Position numbers and translations under genes: made by a program. 64,000 nt of DNA from an uncultured Lachnospiraceae bacterium (lineage in GTDB: Bacteria > Bacillota > Clostridia > Lachnospirales > Lachnospiraceae): positions 758-64,757 of the forward strand of contig CAMOJU010000003.1 in NCBI GenBank assembly GCA_946616795.1. The letters are read 5' to 3'. The notes below the pieces were generated by a model. That model had not been told where the DNA came from. It saw only the letters and a list, made by a program, of their open reading frames with translations, and did no database searches. How positions within the stretch are numbered: the stretch's first letter is position 1; each line of letters starts with the position of its first letter. Of the stretch, positions 31,775 through 42,298 are shown piece after piece.

Positions 31775-34700
31775 ATGAAAAGAAAGAAATTCGTAAAGAG
31801 AGCGCTGTCTTTTTTTCTTGCGCTATTAATGACATTGTCATATATACCGGAGATAGCTTATGCATATTCGGTCAATGATGGTACAGGATACAGCATCTCG
31901 TCTGATAATGTTCAGTTTAATGATGATGCATCCAATGATATTGACGATGTTCAAATATCGGAAAGTAATAATGATGTTTCCGGCGAGGATGCATCTGAAA
32001 CTATCTCAGATAATAAACCTGATAATGAAGAAGACGACAGTAACATCCAGGACGATCAGGAAGAACAGGATGATAGTGATGTCGATGAAGTGATCGAGGA
32101 TGACAGTATTTCTGAAAACGATATCGATGAAGAAAGTATTTCTGAGAATGTTGCTGAGTTAGAGGAATTAGAGCCGGTTGGGAATGATAGTTACAAGGTA
32201 AGAGTTTCATATCCTAGCGGAATTTATGAATATGATGAGAATGGTAATCCAATCTGGTCAGTGGAAAATATGCTATTTGATTCCATTGACGAGGCTTTTG
32301 GCGCATTTTATGACGGTACATTTATAACAGAAAATAATGATTCACCGATAACAGGAAGATATGAAATAATTCTTAAAAATAATGAACAGATGACAGAGGA
32401 CTTTATTATCCCATCATATGTGCGATTTTTTAATATTACAAGTGAATATGGTACCGAAATTTATTCTCTTGATATGAATGGTCATACAATAAAAACGGGT
32501 GATAAAGATAATAGTGAACTCGATGTTTATATAAATGATGTAAAAATTGTAAGTAATGCAGATGAGTCTGGTTCAATTGAGTTAAATTTTCTGGAGCCGC
32601 CAACAGGAAATGATGTTTTTGGAAAATATTTAAGTGTACTGCCGGAGAATATAATCTGTGAAAATGGAACTGAAATATGCTTGTTTGATAATATTGAAAT
32701 ACGTTCCCCGTATGTGTATTTACGAACGAAAGAAAATAATAAATTAGTATTAAATGATACAATCATTGAAACAGCATCATGTTCTGTTGCTCAGGGAAAA
32801 TGGACAATTAAGGAAATAAACGCTGATTGGTTAAGCGTTAATTGTTTATATGAAGAAAATGGAGATGGGACATATTCATGGACAAAAGCAACACTTGTTG
32901 CGGATAATGTAACATCAGAATGTTCTTTGATGGATTGGTCAACATTTAGGGCTATAAGTATAAAAGGTGAAGCGACAATAAAAAATCTGACATTGAATGA
33001 AGCACGTTTGTCAGTCGAAAAGGCATATGTTTATGGTATTAGTGAGAATGGAACAGGTATTCCATCGGTTTTTTGTCCCTTTGAGCCATCTCTTGATGTT
33101 GATAATATTACACTTACAAAAGGCCCGAGTTCATACGCTTCATATTATGATTCTGAAACTAATTCGGATAATAATTATGCGGTTCAGGTTAACACCGGAT
33201 GTAAATTGTCATGCGATTCATTTGATATGAAAGCGGGTACTTTTTGTAATAGAGGATCCGTAAATTTGGGTCAAGCGTATGTTCAGGATGATTTGATTCT
33301 TCAAAAAGGCTCATCTTTCACGGTTGATGATATTTCTATGGGAACAAGGGGAGAAATATATTTTAATGGTGGATGTACATTAAATATAAATAGTACCGCA
33401 ACTTTATATAATCCATATTTTGAAAATATATATGATAATTATTTAGGTGAGGATCGTGTAATTACTATTAATCGAAAAAATGATACTTCCGTAACCTTTA
33501 ATGGTAATGCTTGTTGGGATAAGGATTTTAAAATGTTGCTTCGAACCGTAGACAACAATGGAAGTCTGATCGGTACACCCGCAGGAACAAAAGTTTTTTC
33601 AGCAAGTTTCTTCTCATTAATAATAGATAATGTAAGTGTGGAACAAACGGAAGAATTTTCCGAATATGATGTTTTAATTGCATATGGTTCCGATGTGGTT
33701 GTCGGAAAGAAATCATTTATTGTTGGAACGGTGGAACCGTTAGGACCCAATGAGGTATACACGCCTGATAGAGAGTTTACTGAGCTCGACAGATTTGTAA
33801 AATGGTCCGATGCTGTAACATACATCGACTCACTTAATAATACAAATGTCGATTATGCCATAATGATCGAGGGTGATACAGATAATTATGAAGCGCTTAC
33901 GTTACCCAAAAATGTTAAGTCTTTTAAAATAATAAGTTCTAATTTTGAAACATTTAAGGAAGAGGATGAAAGACCGTATCTTTCATTTATAGGAAATATC
34001 ACATTAAATACAGATTTAATAGTTGAAGGCGTCATATTAAAACCGATAGCTAAGAACGGAGACGTATACATAGATAATACCGGAATGACAGTATCATTAA
34101 ATGGCAAATGTCTGTATATGTCTGACTCGGAGTTTTACAGTAAGATTGCGTCTGTTACCGGTACAGGTAATTCATCAATTTATCTGATGAGAAATAATTT
34201 GTATGAAGAAAAACCTGCTCTTGAATTGACAGGTAAATTTAGTGTGCCTGACGCTTCAATCAGTGATTACATTGTTAAGGCGTCTGATATACAGATTACT
34301 TCAGTTTTAATGATCACAAACAGTACAATCGAGTCAGACGGAAACATTTCACTTGGAACAGTCTGGGCATTTAACAAAAACGGTGACAAAAACATATTTG
34401 TCACAGGAAACCTGGCAACAAATAAGGTCACAATAAGCAATACTGTAAAAACCGGATATCCGTCAACAGTTGCAGATGTGACTATTCTTGGAGCGGGAGG
34501 TGATGGAACTGATACAGCCCAGCTTAATGTGGATAATGTAATATCATTAAGATCAAAATATATAGAGGATCAGATAGATAAAGGAAACGGAATATCATAT
34601 GGAGATTTCACTGATCACACTCTTGTGACTGGAGCAAAGGTACCGGCATCACTTTTCGTAATCGGATTTGAGTATGATTATTATTTTGATGAGGAAACAT

Positions 34701-37700
34701 ATGAATCCGAGTATACAAACTGCACGGCTGACTTTTTGACTCAGAAATCGGGAAATGATATTAAGGTTTCTGCAGTTACACCTAAAGCGGTAACACTGTA
34801 TACGACCGGATTTTTTGTTGATGAGTACTGCAATCCGGTAGGCTCATACGAAACTTTAGCTGATGCAATCGCAGAAATTGACAAACTTGCAAATGCTACA
34901 GCCGAATATGAGATCCGCATCAATCCGGAGGATTGTGAGACGGTAACAGTTAGCACTGCGAATTTCACTATGCCCAAGGCGACAAGCCTGGCAGCCCTCA
35001 CCATAAAGAGTGCAACAGCTGAACCGGTTGCAATTAATTTATTAAATGCTCTTCCGGCCCTTACATGTGATTTGACTCTCGAAAATGTAAATCTCGTTCC
35101 GTCGCAGGGTAAATTAAGCATGTCGCTTAATAAATATGCTCTGACATTAAAGAATACTGATATTGACGGAATCGTTACCGGTATAACAGGTGGTTCAGCT
35201 ACAGGTACATCATGCCTTAATATCATAGATACAAATGCGACAGCAGGTAATCTTGGATTATTTGAAGTAAACGGCAAGATTAACAATGTGGGAACTATCT
35301 CTCTTGATGGCATAAAGCTTAGCGTAACAGATACAGTTAACATAGGTGACCTGACTCAGGCTGGTGAAACCGGTGCAATATTTGAGGGTACGGTAAAAAT
35401 TACGCAAAAGAATAATGAGATAACCGCTACAACTCCAAATATAACTATAAACGGAAAGATTTCCGGAGATAAATTAAAAATCGGTGCTCTTACCGAAAAA
35501 ACAGTAGATGGCGTAAAAACATATGTACCTGTTGAGGAATATGGCTTTATCAATTATTCAAGTTATGCTACTGACACAGGTATTATAATAGCAAAAGCAC
35601 TTAAGACTGATCCAGACGGTGTGAAATATGTGACCGGTACAGGAATGATGATAAAGAAATCAGGTAATCTTGTTTATATAAACAGAAATTATGTTCCATA
35701 TATTTTGGAATATGATGATAATACGATACCCTGTCTTACTTTTGCGGATGTTGTTACAGAAATCAATAATATAAATAATAAGAACAACTATTACACGGTG
35801 GTTCTGAGAGCTGATGCAAACGGAGACGTGAATGTGGGAGCACCGGAGGCATTTACTATGCCTGCAACAGCAAAGCTTGCCGGTCTGACTATCACTTCAA
35901 ACAGTAATGTCAATCTTTATTATGGAACAGCTAAGAACGGAAAAGTTACTGCTGTATCAAAGCTTGCTTTTACAACAGATACAATCATAAGCAATGTTAC
36001 TTTTATAGATGCTGAAGCATCAGTAAATATGACAGACGTCAATTATCCATACCGCGCGGCTCTTAATATATCTCTTGGTGGCAAGCAGGTTTCTTTTGAG
36101 AATGTTGTTTTTGAAGGCAGGGGAGTGATTATAGACGGCGGCAGGACAGGAGTTCTTACTCTTGTAGGAGATACAGGATTGCTTGCCGGATATGATGTTG
36201 ATCAGTTACGTGCATCTTATGATGGATGTAATGTTATTGAAGGCGAGTTCAAAAACATGAGTACAGTATATCTTGATGATAATGCCGTACTTCTAATGAA
36301 GAGATATATATCTGATAATAAGGGAACAACTCGTAAAGATGCTTCAATGAATTTATCTACTTTTGCAGGATTTGGAAACACTGTTCACGTTGAAGGATCA
36401 ATAACATTAAAAGATATAACATCAAATTATGATGCTAATCAGAATATCATTATAGCTGACAGAGCATTTACGATATCCGGAACAGTATTTGCAGGTGCAG
36501 AAAACAATCTGGTACTGATTGGCAGACAGAAGAATGATAATGCTTTGACACCTTTCCTGAGTATAACGGGTACTTTTAATGCGGAAAGTTATCCTATAGC
36601 GGTAGGAATAATGGCTTATGATATCAATGATTATGATCTGATCATACCGGAAGTAGATACACCTGTATCGCTGCTAAGTGCATCAAAATGCAATGCCGCT
36701 GATTTCGTTACGGTCGTTAATTCAGATTATGCCGGGGACGGAACTATTGCAACTATTGCAGAAGTTGAAGGATTTAATCCGGATAGCGATGAAGCACAGC
36801 GTGGAATCGGACTTATTAAAGATAAAACTCTGATAAGAGCATATGACGGAAGCTATATTCATTTAGCGCTTGTCGCAGTTGAAAATGAATATGAAATGGC
36901 AGACGTTGCTGGAGATGCAGTTATCGGATATTACAACAGTATACCTGAAGCGATGTCTGCTATAAATACTATTAATGATAAGACAGTTCATTATACCATT
37001 ATACTATTGGATGATATCGGTAATTCAACAACTACAGTGACAATTCCGGCAACTGCAAAAACAGCGGGTATCTCTTTCCAGGGATATGGGGATGAAAGAG
37101 TTCTGACACTTAAAACACTGGTGATCAGCAATAATTTGGCCATTGTTAATCTAAAGATTAATATCATTGGTAATGTCACAACTACGAAAAACATGACCCT
37201 TACCCTGAATAATGGATCGGTCCTTTCAGCAAAGGGAACGGTAACCCTTGAGAATATAATAAACAGAGAGGGTAATAATAGAGTTGAATATACAAGAACA
37301 GCAAAGGATGCTAACCAGCTGAAGATTAACGGCAGAGTAACAAACTATAATGGCGGGCAGCTTGCTGTTAAGATGACAAATGAAGCAGGTAATGAATATA
37401 CAGTAGCAGAATATACTGTTGAAAATATTTCAGAAATCTCTAAGCCTGCAAATAAACAGCTCTTTGTAGCACCACTTGTAACCGTGTCTGATATAAAGAT
37501 TATGATCGGTACAAGCGAATTAAATGAATCATATAACGGTACATCCTCAATCGTTGTCAAATCAAAGGATGGATTCTATTATCTTCCGTCAGGCATGCAG
37601 AATACTATAGCTGCACTCGGATACGGGGACAGTGAACCTAATGCATATTATATCGATATGAACCAGGCACTGTATCAGATCAAGGCAATAGCCGACAGGA

Positions 37701-40654
37701 CAGCGGACTATACTGTATACATTGATGATACGATTGATGTAAATGTGATAGATACTGTTGCACATTCAAAAATAGAAATGCCTACAACGAATACTGCAAG
37801 GTCGATAAAGATCACGGGATTTGACGGTGATGAAACAGATATGTATTTCAGCGGTGATATCTCAGCATTTGTGGCAGCAGGCGGAAGCCTTACATTTGAA
37901 GGTATAAAGATGGTACCTGTTGCGGCAGCAGATAAGAATGGCGTCATGGTTAATTCAGAGACAAGCAAGATAACACTCGGAAGAAACGGCGCTGACAAAT
38001 CAGGAGAGGTGACACTTAACCTGATTGAGTGCAGTATAGAAGGATATCTGAACCAGATCGTCGGAACGAAGAATGTAACGGACGTATATGTCGATTCTGA
38101 TATTACATTGAAGGCAGGATTTACAAATGTTTATAATCTCACAGTAGATGGCACTACAGGAGCTACAGTGATCGCAGGAGGAAACAGTACGGTCGGAAAC
38201 CTTTATCTGAAAGGATCGGATGCCGGCTTTGTATCTTTAGGAACAGCAACTGTTGATACGATAAAGATTGATTCAAATCTTGGATTTGAAGGACCGTGGA
38301 TCGGAGCCGCAGGACCGGCCAAGTTCAAGATCAATAAGACAGTTGAATCTGAAAATACAAAAGTGCTCATAAGATTACTTGATACATCAGATAAAACGCT
38401 TTCATATGCAACAATAAATGATGAGAGCTATTTGGCTGACGAAGATGAGAATTATCTTGATAAAGATCTTATATATGCTCCATTAGCAGATACATCTGTA
38501 TTTACCGCATATCCTTATGGAGAAACAGAAGGAAAAACGATCGCGGGCGATGAACCGACTGTGTCATATAAAAATGGTAATAATATCCGTATAGGAAATA
38601 AAGCCGAGATGGTAATCACAGTTGAGGCAGATGGTTTATTCACATATGCAAAAGACTATGCAGAGGCGATTAAGTCTATTAATACATGGAAAAACAAGAC
38701 TGATTATACCATTACATTCTTAAGTACAGGCGCTGTGACAACTACGGCTGCCGGCAAGGACCCCGGAGCATTTACTTATCCGGCGGCTGCCAATGCATCA
38801 TCTCTTACAATAAAAGGTACTGTTGATGGCATAAACATAACCGAGATCCAATTTACCGGTGCAATAAAGCCTGCGGTTGATACAACATTTGAGAATGTTG
38901 TACTTAACTGCGGTAAAATTGCAAATAAAGCATTTATAGAGCTTGGAGAGGTGGCACTTGATCTTGGAACGGCATCTCTTGATATGGGTAATGCGATAAC
39001 AAAAGACATATCATACGGACAGGTAGCCCAATGGCCTGATTTGTTTGTGTCTTCTATTAAGGGTACAAAAGGAACCCTTACATTAAGAGATTGTACGGTG
39101 TATGCAGACAGTATCAGCATGGGAACTCTTAATGTAATGGGAACAGTTGATATTTCAACGAGGAGTGCAATACTTCAGAATTATTCGATTGGTTCGATAT
39201 ATGGAACAGAAGGAGATGATAAATTATTTATTGACGCACCAAAGGCTGCATCACCAATGCTAAAGGTTACCGGTTATGTTAGAGGTATGGAAGAGATAGG
39301 TATCAGACCTGTCTTTAAGGACACAACCATCGGTCATAACAGATATTACAGAATGGAAGAGCTCGACGGTATTGTCACAAATGGTACTGAGACCACCGCA
39401 GTGCTTAACAAGATGAGACTTGCTGATATGGCAAAGGTACCTACCGATATCGTCAATGTATATACGAATTTTGCTCATTCAGAAAAGTTTACGAATGCAA
39501 ATATCAACAAAGTTTCCGGATTTATTTATCTGACTTCACAGATAATGAGCATTACGGTAACCGATGAGAATGATTATTCATCTCAATTTGTGTCATTTAT
39601 GGATGCTGTAACAGACATTGATAAGATTGCGGATAAGACAGCAGATTATCAAATAACACTTAAAGAAGATACGGGCAGAGCATTTTATTATACGTCAAAT
39701 GAGATTAAGGCTGTAACTCTTCCTAAAAATGCTGCAAGTGTGACTGTTAAGGGTGAGAATGTAGAAGTACCGGGAGCAGCTAATGATATCGACGGAGATG
39801 GAAAGTGCACGCTATATACTTCAGGTACATCACTTGTGGTCAATATTCCGACAACATTTGAAAATATATCTGTAAGACCTGTTAAGAAGACGTCAAGCTA
39901 TAAGAGTGGCAATACCACCATGTATTATTATTCGAATAATACATCCGGGCTGGCAATCAATATTGGAAACAATACATCTCTTGAACTAAATGAAGCATAT
40001 CTGGAATATTTTATAAACAAGATAAGCGGAGGAAGTCTCGATGTGTATGGTTCTAGTATAGATGATTATGCCGGAATATTAAAAAATATCACGGTAAAAA
40101 ATTTACATATTCAGAATTCATATGTAATGGTACGCGTAGCAAAGGCGACTATAACATGTCAGACATCAGGATATATAAAAGAATCTAATATAGTATGTGA
40201 AACAGGAAATATATCACTTAAAGATACAGAAATAATCAGATCTTCAATAGAAGCCGCCAACATAAATCTTACAGGTATCACTACTCTTAATGAAACAGTA
40301 GTGAGTGCTATCAGGGATAAAACTGTTGGACAGGGAAAAATATCCATGGCAAATGTTGCCCTTGAAGGAGAAGACAGTACTATACAATACAAACAGGATA
40401 AAGCAGGAAAGCCAATGCTGACCATATCAGGTACAGTAATATCGGACGGTGCAAAGGCAATATTGGGATTGTATTACAGTAACAGTGATTATAAATCACA
40501 AAACAATAAGGTGATTATCTCTGTAGGTACGATTTTTGCTACAGCAGCAAAGGTGACAGATGTAAGTGTATTTGGTACGGAAAACAACTTTGTAACAGGC
40601 TGCAGCATGATGAAATCCGGCAACAATATTGTATATTCTCGCGTAATGTACTAA
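31775..40654 (+). CDS. P2: giant secreted paralogue of P1 (2959 aa)
   Basis: Signal peptide, acidic spacer and eight capped modules; the last five are colinear with P1. Both proteins end in KSGNNIV(F/Y). Confidence 0.85.
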   Translation: MKRKKFVKRALSFFLALLMTLSYIPEIAYAYSVNDGTGYSISSDNVQFNDDASNDIDDVQISESNNDVSGEDASETISDNKPDNEEDDSNIQDDQEEQDDSDVDEVIEDDSISENDIDEESISENVAELEELEPVGNDSYKVRVSYPSGIYEYDENGNPIWSVENMLFDSIDEAFGAFYDGTFITENNDSPITGRYEIILKNNEQMTEDFIIPSYVRFFNITSEYGTEIYSLDMNGHTIKTGDKDNSELDVYINDVKIVSNADESGSIELNFLEPPTGNDVFGKYLSVLPENIICENGTEICLFDNIEIRSPYVYLRTKENNKLVLNDTIIETASCSVAQGKWTIKEINADWLSVNCLYEENGDGTYSWTKATLVADNVTSECSLMDWSTFRAISIKGEATIKNLTLNEARLSVEKAYVYGISENGTGIPSVFCPFEPSLDVDNITLTKGPSSYASYYDSETNSDNNYAVQVNTGCKLSCDSFDMKAGTFCNRGSVNLGQAYVQDDLILQKGSSFTVDDISMGTRGEIYFNGGCTLNINSTATLYNPYFENIYDNYLGEDRVITINRKNDTSVTFNGNACWDKDFKMLLRTVDNNGSLIGTPAGTKVFSASFFSLIIDNVSVEQTEEFSEYDVLIAYGSDVVVGKKSFIVGTVEPLGPNEVYTPDREFTELDRFVKWSDAVTYIDSLNNTNVDYAIMIEGDTDNYEALTLPKNVKSFKIISSNFETFKEEDERPYLSFIGNITLNTDLIVEGVILKPIAKNGDVYIDNTGMTVSLNGKCLYMSDSEFYSKIASVTGTGNSSIYLMRNNLYEEKPALELTGKFSVPDASISDYIVKASDIQITSVLMITNSTIESDGNISLGTVWAFNKNGDKNIFVTGNLATNKVTISNTVKTGYPSTVADVTILGAGGDGTDTAQLNVDNVISLRSKYIEDQIDKGNGISYGDFTDHTLVTGAKVPASLFVIGFEYDYYFDEETYESEYTNCTADFLTQKSGNDIKVSAVTPKAVTLYTTGFFVDEYCNPVGSYETLADAIAEIDKLANATAEYEIRINPEDCETVTVSTANFTMPKATSLAALTIKSATAEPVAINLLNALPALTCDLTLENVNLVPSQGKLSMSLNKYALTLKNTDIDGIVTGITGGSATGTSCLNIIDTNATAGNLGLFEVNGKINNVGTISLDGIKLSVTDTVNIGDLTQAGETGAIFEGTVKITQKNNEITATTPNITINGKISGDKLKIGALTEKTVDGVKTYVPVEEYGFINYSSYATDTGIIIAKALKTDPDGVKYVTGTGMMIKKSGNLVYINRNYVPYILEYDDNTIPCLTFADVVTEINNINNKNNYYTVVLRADANGDVNVGAPEAFTMPATAKLAGLTITSNSNVNLYYGTAKNGKVTAVSKLAFTTDTIISNVTFIDAEASVNMTDVNYPYRAALNISLGGKQVSFENVVFEGRGVIIDGGRTGVLTLVGDTGLLAGYDVDQLRASYDGCNVIEGEFKNMSTVYLDDNAVLLMKRYISDNKGTTRKDASMNLSTFAGFGNTVHVEGSITLKDITSNYDANQNIIIADRAFTISGTVFAGAENNLVLIGRQKNDNALTPFLSITGTFNAESYPIAVGIMAYDINDYDLIIPEVDTPVSLLSASKCNAADFVTVVNSDYAGDGTIATIAEVEGFNPDSDEAQRGIGLIKDKTLIRAYDGSYIHLALVAVENEYEMADVAGDAVIGYYNSIPEAMSAINTINDKTVHYTIILLDDIGNSTTTVTIPATAKTAGISFQGYGDERVLTLKTLVISNNLAIVNLKINIIGNVTTTKNMTLTLNNGSVLSAKGTVTLENIINREGNNRVEYTRTAKDANQLKINGRVTNYNGGQLAVKMTNEAGNEYTVAEYTVENISEISKPANKQLFVAPLVTVSDIKIMIGTSELNESYNGTSSIVVKSKDGFYYLPSGMQNTIAALGYGDSEPNAYYIDMNQALYQIKAIADRTADYTVYIDDTIDVNVIDTVAHSKIEMPTTNTARSIKITGFDGDETDMYFSGDISAFVAAGGSLTFEGIKMVPVAAADKNGVMVNSETSKITLGRNGADKSGEVTLNLIECSIEGYLNQIVGTKNVTDVYVDSDITLKAGFTNVYNLTVDGTTGATVIAGGNSTVGNLYLKGSDAGFVSLGTATVDTIKIDSNLGFEGPWIGAAGPAKFKINKTVESENTKVLIRLLDTSDKTLSYATINDESYLADEDENYLDKDLIYAPLADTSVFTAYPYGETEGKTIAGDEPTVSYKNGNNIRIGNKAEMVITVEADGLFTYAKDYAEAIKSINTWKNKTDYTITFLSTGAVTTTAAGKDPGAFTYPAAANASSLTIKGTVDGINITEIQFTGAIKPAVDTTFENVVLNCGKIANKAFIELGEVALDLGTASLDMGNAITKDISYGQVAQWPDLFVSSIKGTKGTLTLRDCTVYADSISMGTLNVMGTVDISTRSAILQNYSIGSIYGTEGDDKLFIDAPKAASPMLKVTGYVRGMEEIGIRPVFKDTTIGHNRYYRMEELDGIVTNGTETTAVLNKMRLADMAKVPTDIVNVYTNFAHSEKFTNANINKVSGFIYLTSQIMSITVTDENDYSSQFVSFMDAVTDIDKIADKTADYQITLKEDTGRAFYYTSNEIKAVTLPKNAASVTVKGENVEVPGAANDIDGDGKCTLYTSGTSLVVNIPTTFENISVRPVKKTSSYKSGNTTMYYYSNNTSGLAINIGNNTSLELNEAYLEYFINKISGGSLDVYGSSIDDYAGILKNITVKNLHIQNSYVMVRVAKATITCQTSGYIKESNIVCETGNISLKDTEIIRSSIEAANINLTGITTLNETVVSAIRDKTVGQGKISMANVALEGEDSTIQYKQDKAGKPMLTISGTVISDGAKAILGLYYSNSDYKSQNNKVIISVGTIFATAAKVTDVSVFGTENNFVTGCSMMKSGNNIVYSRVMY

Positions 40655-40660
40655 GAATCT

Positions 40661-40704
40661 TAAAGGGGCTGTCGCATTAAAGCTACAGCCCCTCGTTGTT
40701 TTTA
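40661..40704. terminator. Hairpin terminator between P2 and the LuxR gene
   Basis: AGGGGCTGT ... ACAGCCCCT between convergent stop codons. Confidence 0.7.
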
Positions 40705-42077
40705 TGCTCATTAAACATTTTCGATAATTCGGTCCTGTTGGGTACGCCGGTTTTCTTTAAGATATTCTTCATATGAAATTTGACGGTATTTTCAGAGATA
40801 AACAGGGCTTCGGCAATCTTGCTGTTTGAACCGCCCTTGATCACTTCCTGCAAAACCTCTATTTCTCTTGAGGAAAGATTGTTCGCATTTGCAAAGGCCC
40901 TTAACTTCTCCTCTTCATTAACGGTATCGGGGGAAGTATTATTTTTGATCATTATACCGGGCAGATAGACATTCCACCAAAGTAATACCGCGCATATTAC
41001 AGAAGTTAAGAAAAATACGGATATCAGGATAATAAGGATAACGGGATAATCAAGCAGGGGCGTACCGAGCAGAGTTCCGCCGGATTCACCTATTCGTCTG
41101 CAAAGTGTTCCGAATCCGGCGAGAAAAACCGCATCCTGCGCATAATCCGAAAATAATGTAATGCTGTAAACGGTTATAAATCCGGTTATAGCATAATTAA
41201 GTGCCCAAACCACAATATTCCCGATTGAAAAATTGTTAAACAGAAGGGATATGAACGGGCATATGAGTGTGGCGACACATAGCAGCAGACCGCCCTGCCT
41301 TGATCTGTCACATACTATGCCTGCTATTATGAGCCCTACTACAGAAAAAGCCCTGCTGTACTCTATATTGACAGACCCGCTTGTAAAATCGGAGATAGGA
41401 AACATAAATCCAAGACTGCGGGTTGTTTCTATAAATGTTATCGTAAGCATAGACAAAACTATGATTTTGGCAGGGATTTTAGAAGGTTTTTCCTTTACCG
41501 AATTGATCTTATCCCCGGCATCATTAAGCGGGAAATGAATTATAAGCAATGAGATGACAGCAAGTAATCCATACAGGACAAGAGAAAAGTCGCTCTTTAG
41601 GAATTCTCCATCCATTGGAATGGATACCAGCCAGGATGACAGGGTTCCGATTGACCATCCGATTCCGATAGTTATGGCCTTAAATCTTTCGAGGGCTGTC
41701 AGGTACATCAGTGAACATGCGAAAATAACACCGCAGAAGAAATCCATGGATATTCCGAATATAACAGACAGTTGAACGGTCGAAACTGTTATGGCGATTA
41801 TCATAGAAATAAGCTCACAGACAATTGATATCGTAAATGATACTTTTAAATTAAACAGGTTTCTTTTACAACATATTTTAGTGAAAATTGAAAATGCAAC
41901 GATACCGAGTGCCTGTACAAAATAATCTATGATATTAGCAAAAAGATCCACAGTCTCTTCGGGCAATCTGTCCAATAATCTGTATATCCAGCATAAATAT
42001 CCTGTACCTACCCATGAGTAAACTATACCTATGAGAAGGGTAGTTAAAATTGTGTTTCTTATCATTTCTTTTTTCAT
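40683..42077 (-). CDS. Polytopic (~12 TM) membrane sensor fused to a LuxR/NarL-type HTH
   Basis: About 370 hydrophobic aa, then LSSREIEVL...SNSKIAEALFISENTVKFHMKNILKK. Confidence 0.9.
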   Translation of the reverse strand: MKKEMIRNTILTTLLIGIVYSWVGTGYLCWIYRLLDRLPEETVDLFANIIDYFVQALGIVAFSIFTKICCKRNLFNLKVSFTISIVCELISMIIAITVSTVQLSVIFGISMDFFCGVIFACSLMYLTALERFKAITIGIGWSIGTLSSWLVSIPMDGEFLKSDFSLVLYGLLAVISLLIIHFPLNDAGDKINSVKEKPSKIPAKIIVLSMLTITFIETTRSLGFMFPISDFTSGSVNIEYSRAFSVVGLIIAGIVCDRSRQGGLLLCVATLICPFISLLFNNFSIGNIVVWALNYAITGFITVYSITLFSDYAQDAVFLAGFGTLCRRIGESGGTLLGTPLLDYPVILIILISVFFLTSVICAVLLWWNVYLPGIMIKNNTSPDTVNEEEKLRAFANANNLSSREIEVLQEVIKGGSNSKIAEALFISENTVKFHMKNILKKTGVPNRTELSKMFNEHKNNEGL

Positions 42078-42151
42078 TACCTAGTGAGAATATCACATTT
42101 AATAATATTTAACAATGAGAACGAAGTCCCAAAACCCTTATAAATATGCGC

Positions 42152-42231
42152 CTACCCGATAAACTACCCTTAAAAAGGGTGGGATTCCAAACTACGGTGT
42201 AGTGTTAATCGGTTCATAAGGACAATATAAT
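42152..42231 (+). promoter_or_regulatory. 80-bp conserved upstream element, copy 2 (between LuxR and P3)
   Basis: TACCCTT-AAA-AAGGGTG 7-3-7 repeat, ACTAC-GGT-GTAGT, and GACAATATAAT. Confidence 0.75.
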
Positions 42232-42298
42232 TTATCTGAATATTAAGTAAAAGGATCAGAGTTTTTTGATCATTATCTGATGTAAAGGGGACCAGCCT

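Noticed and set aside
19383-40654. Diversity-generating retroelement or invertible cassette acting on P1/P2
   Set aside because: There is no reverse transcriptase or recombinase. P1/P2 similarity is protein-level and diverged, not a near-identical TR/VR pair.
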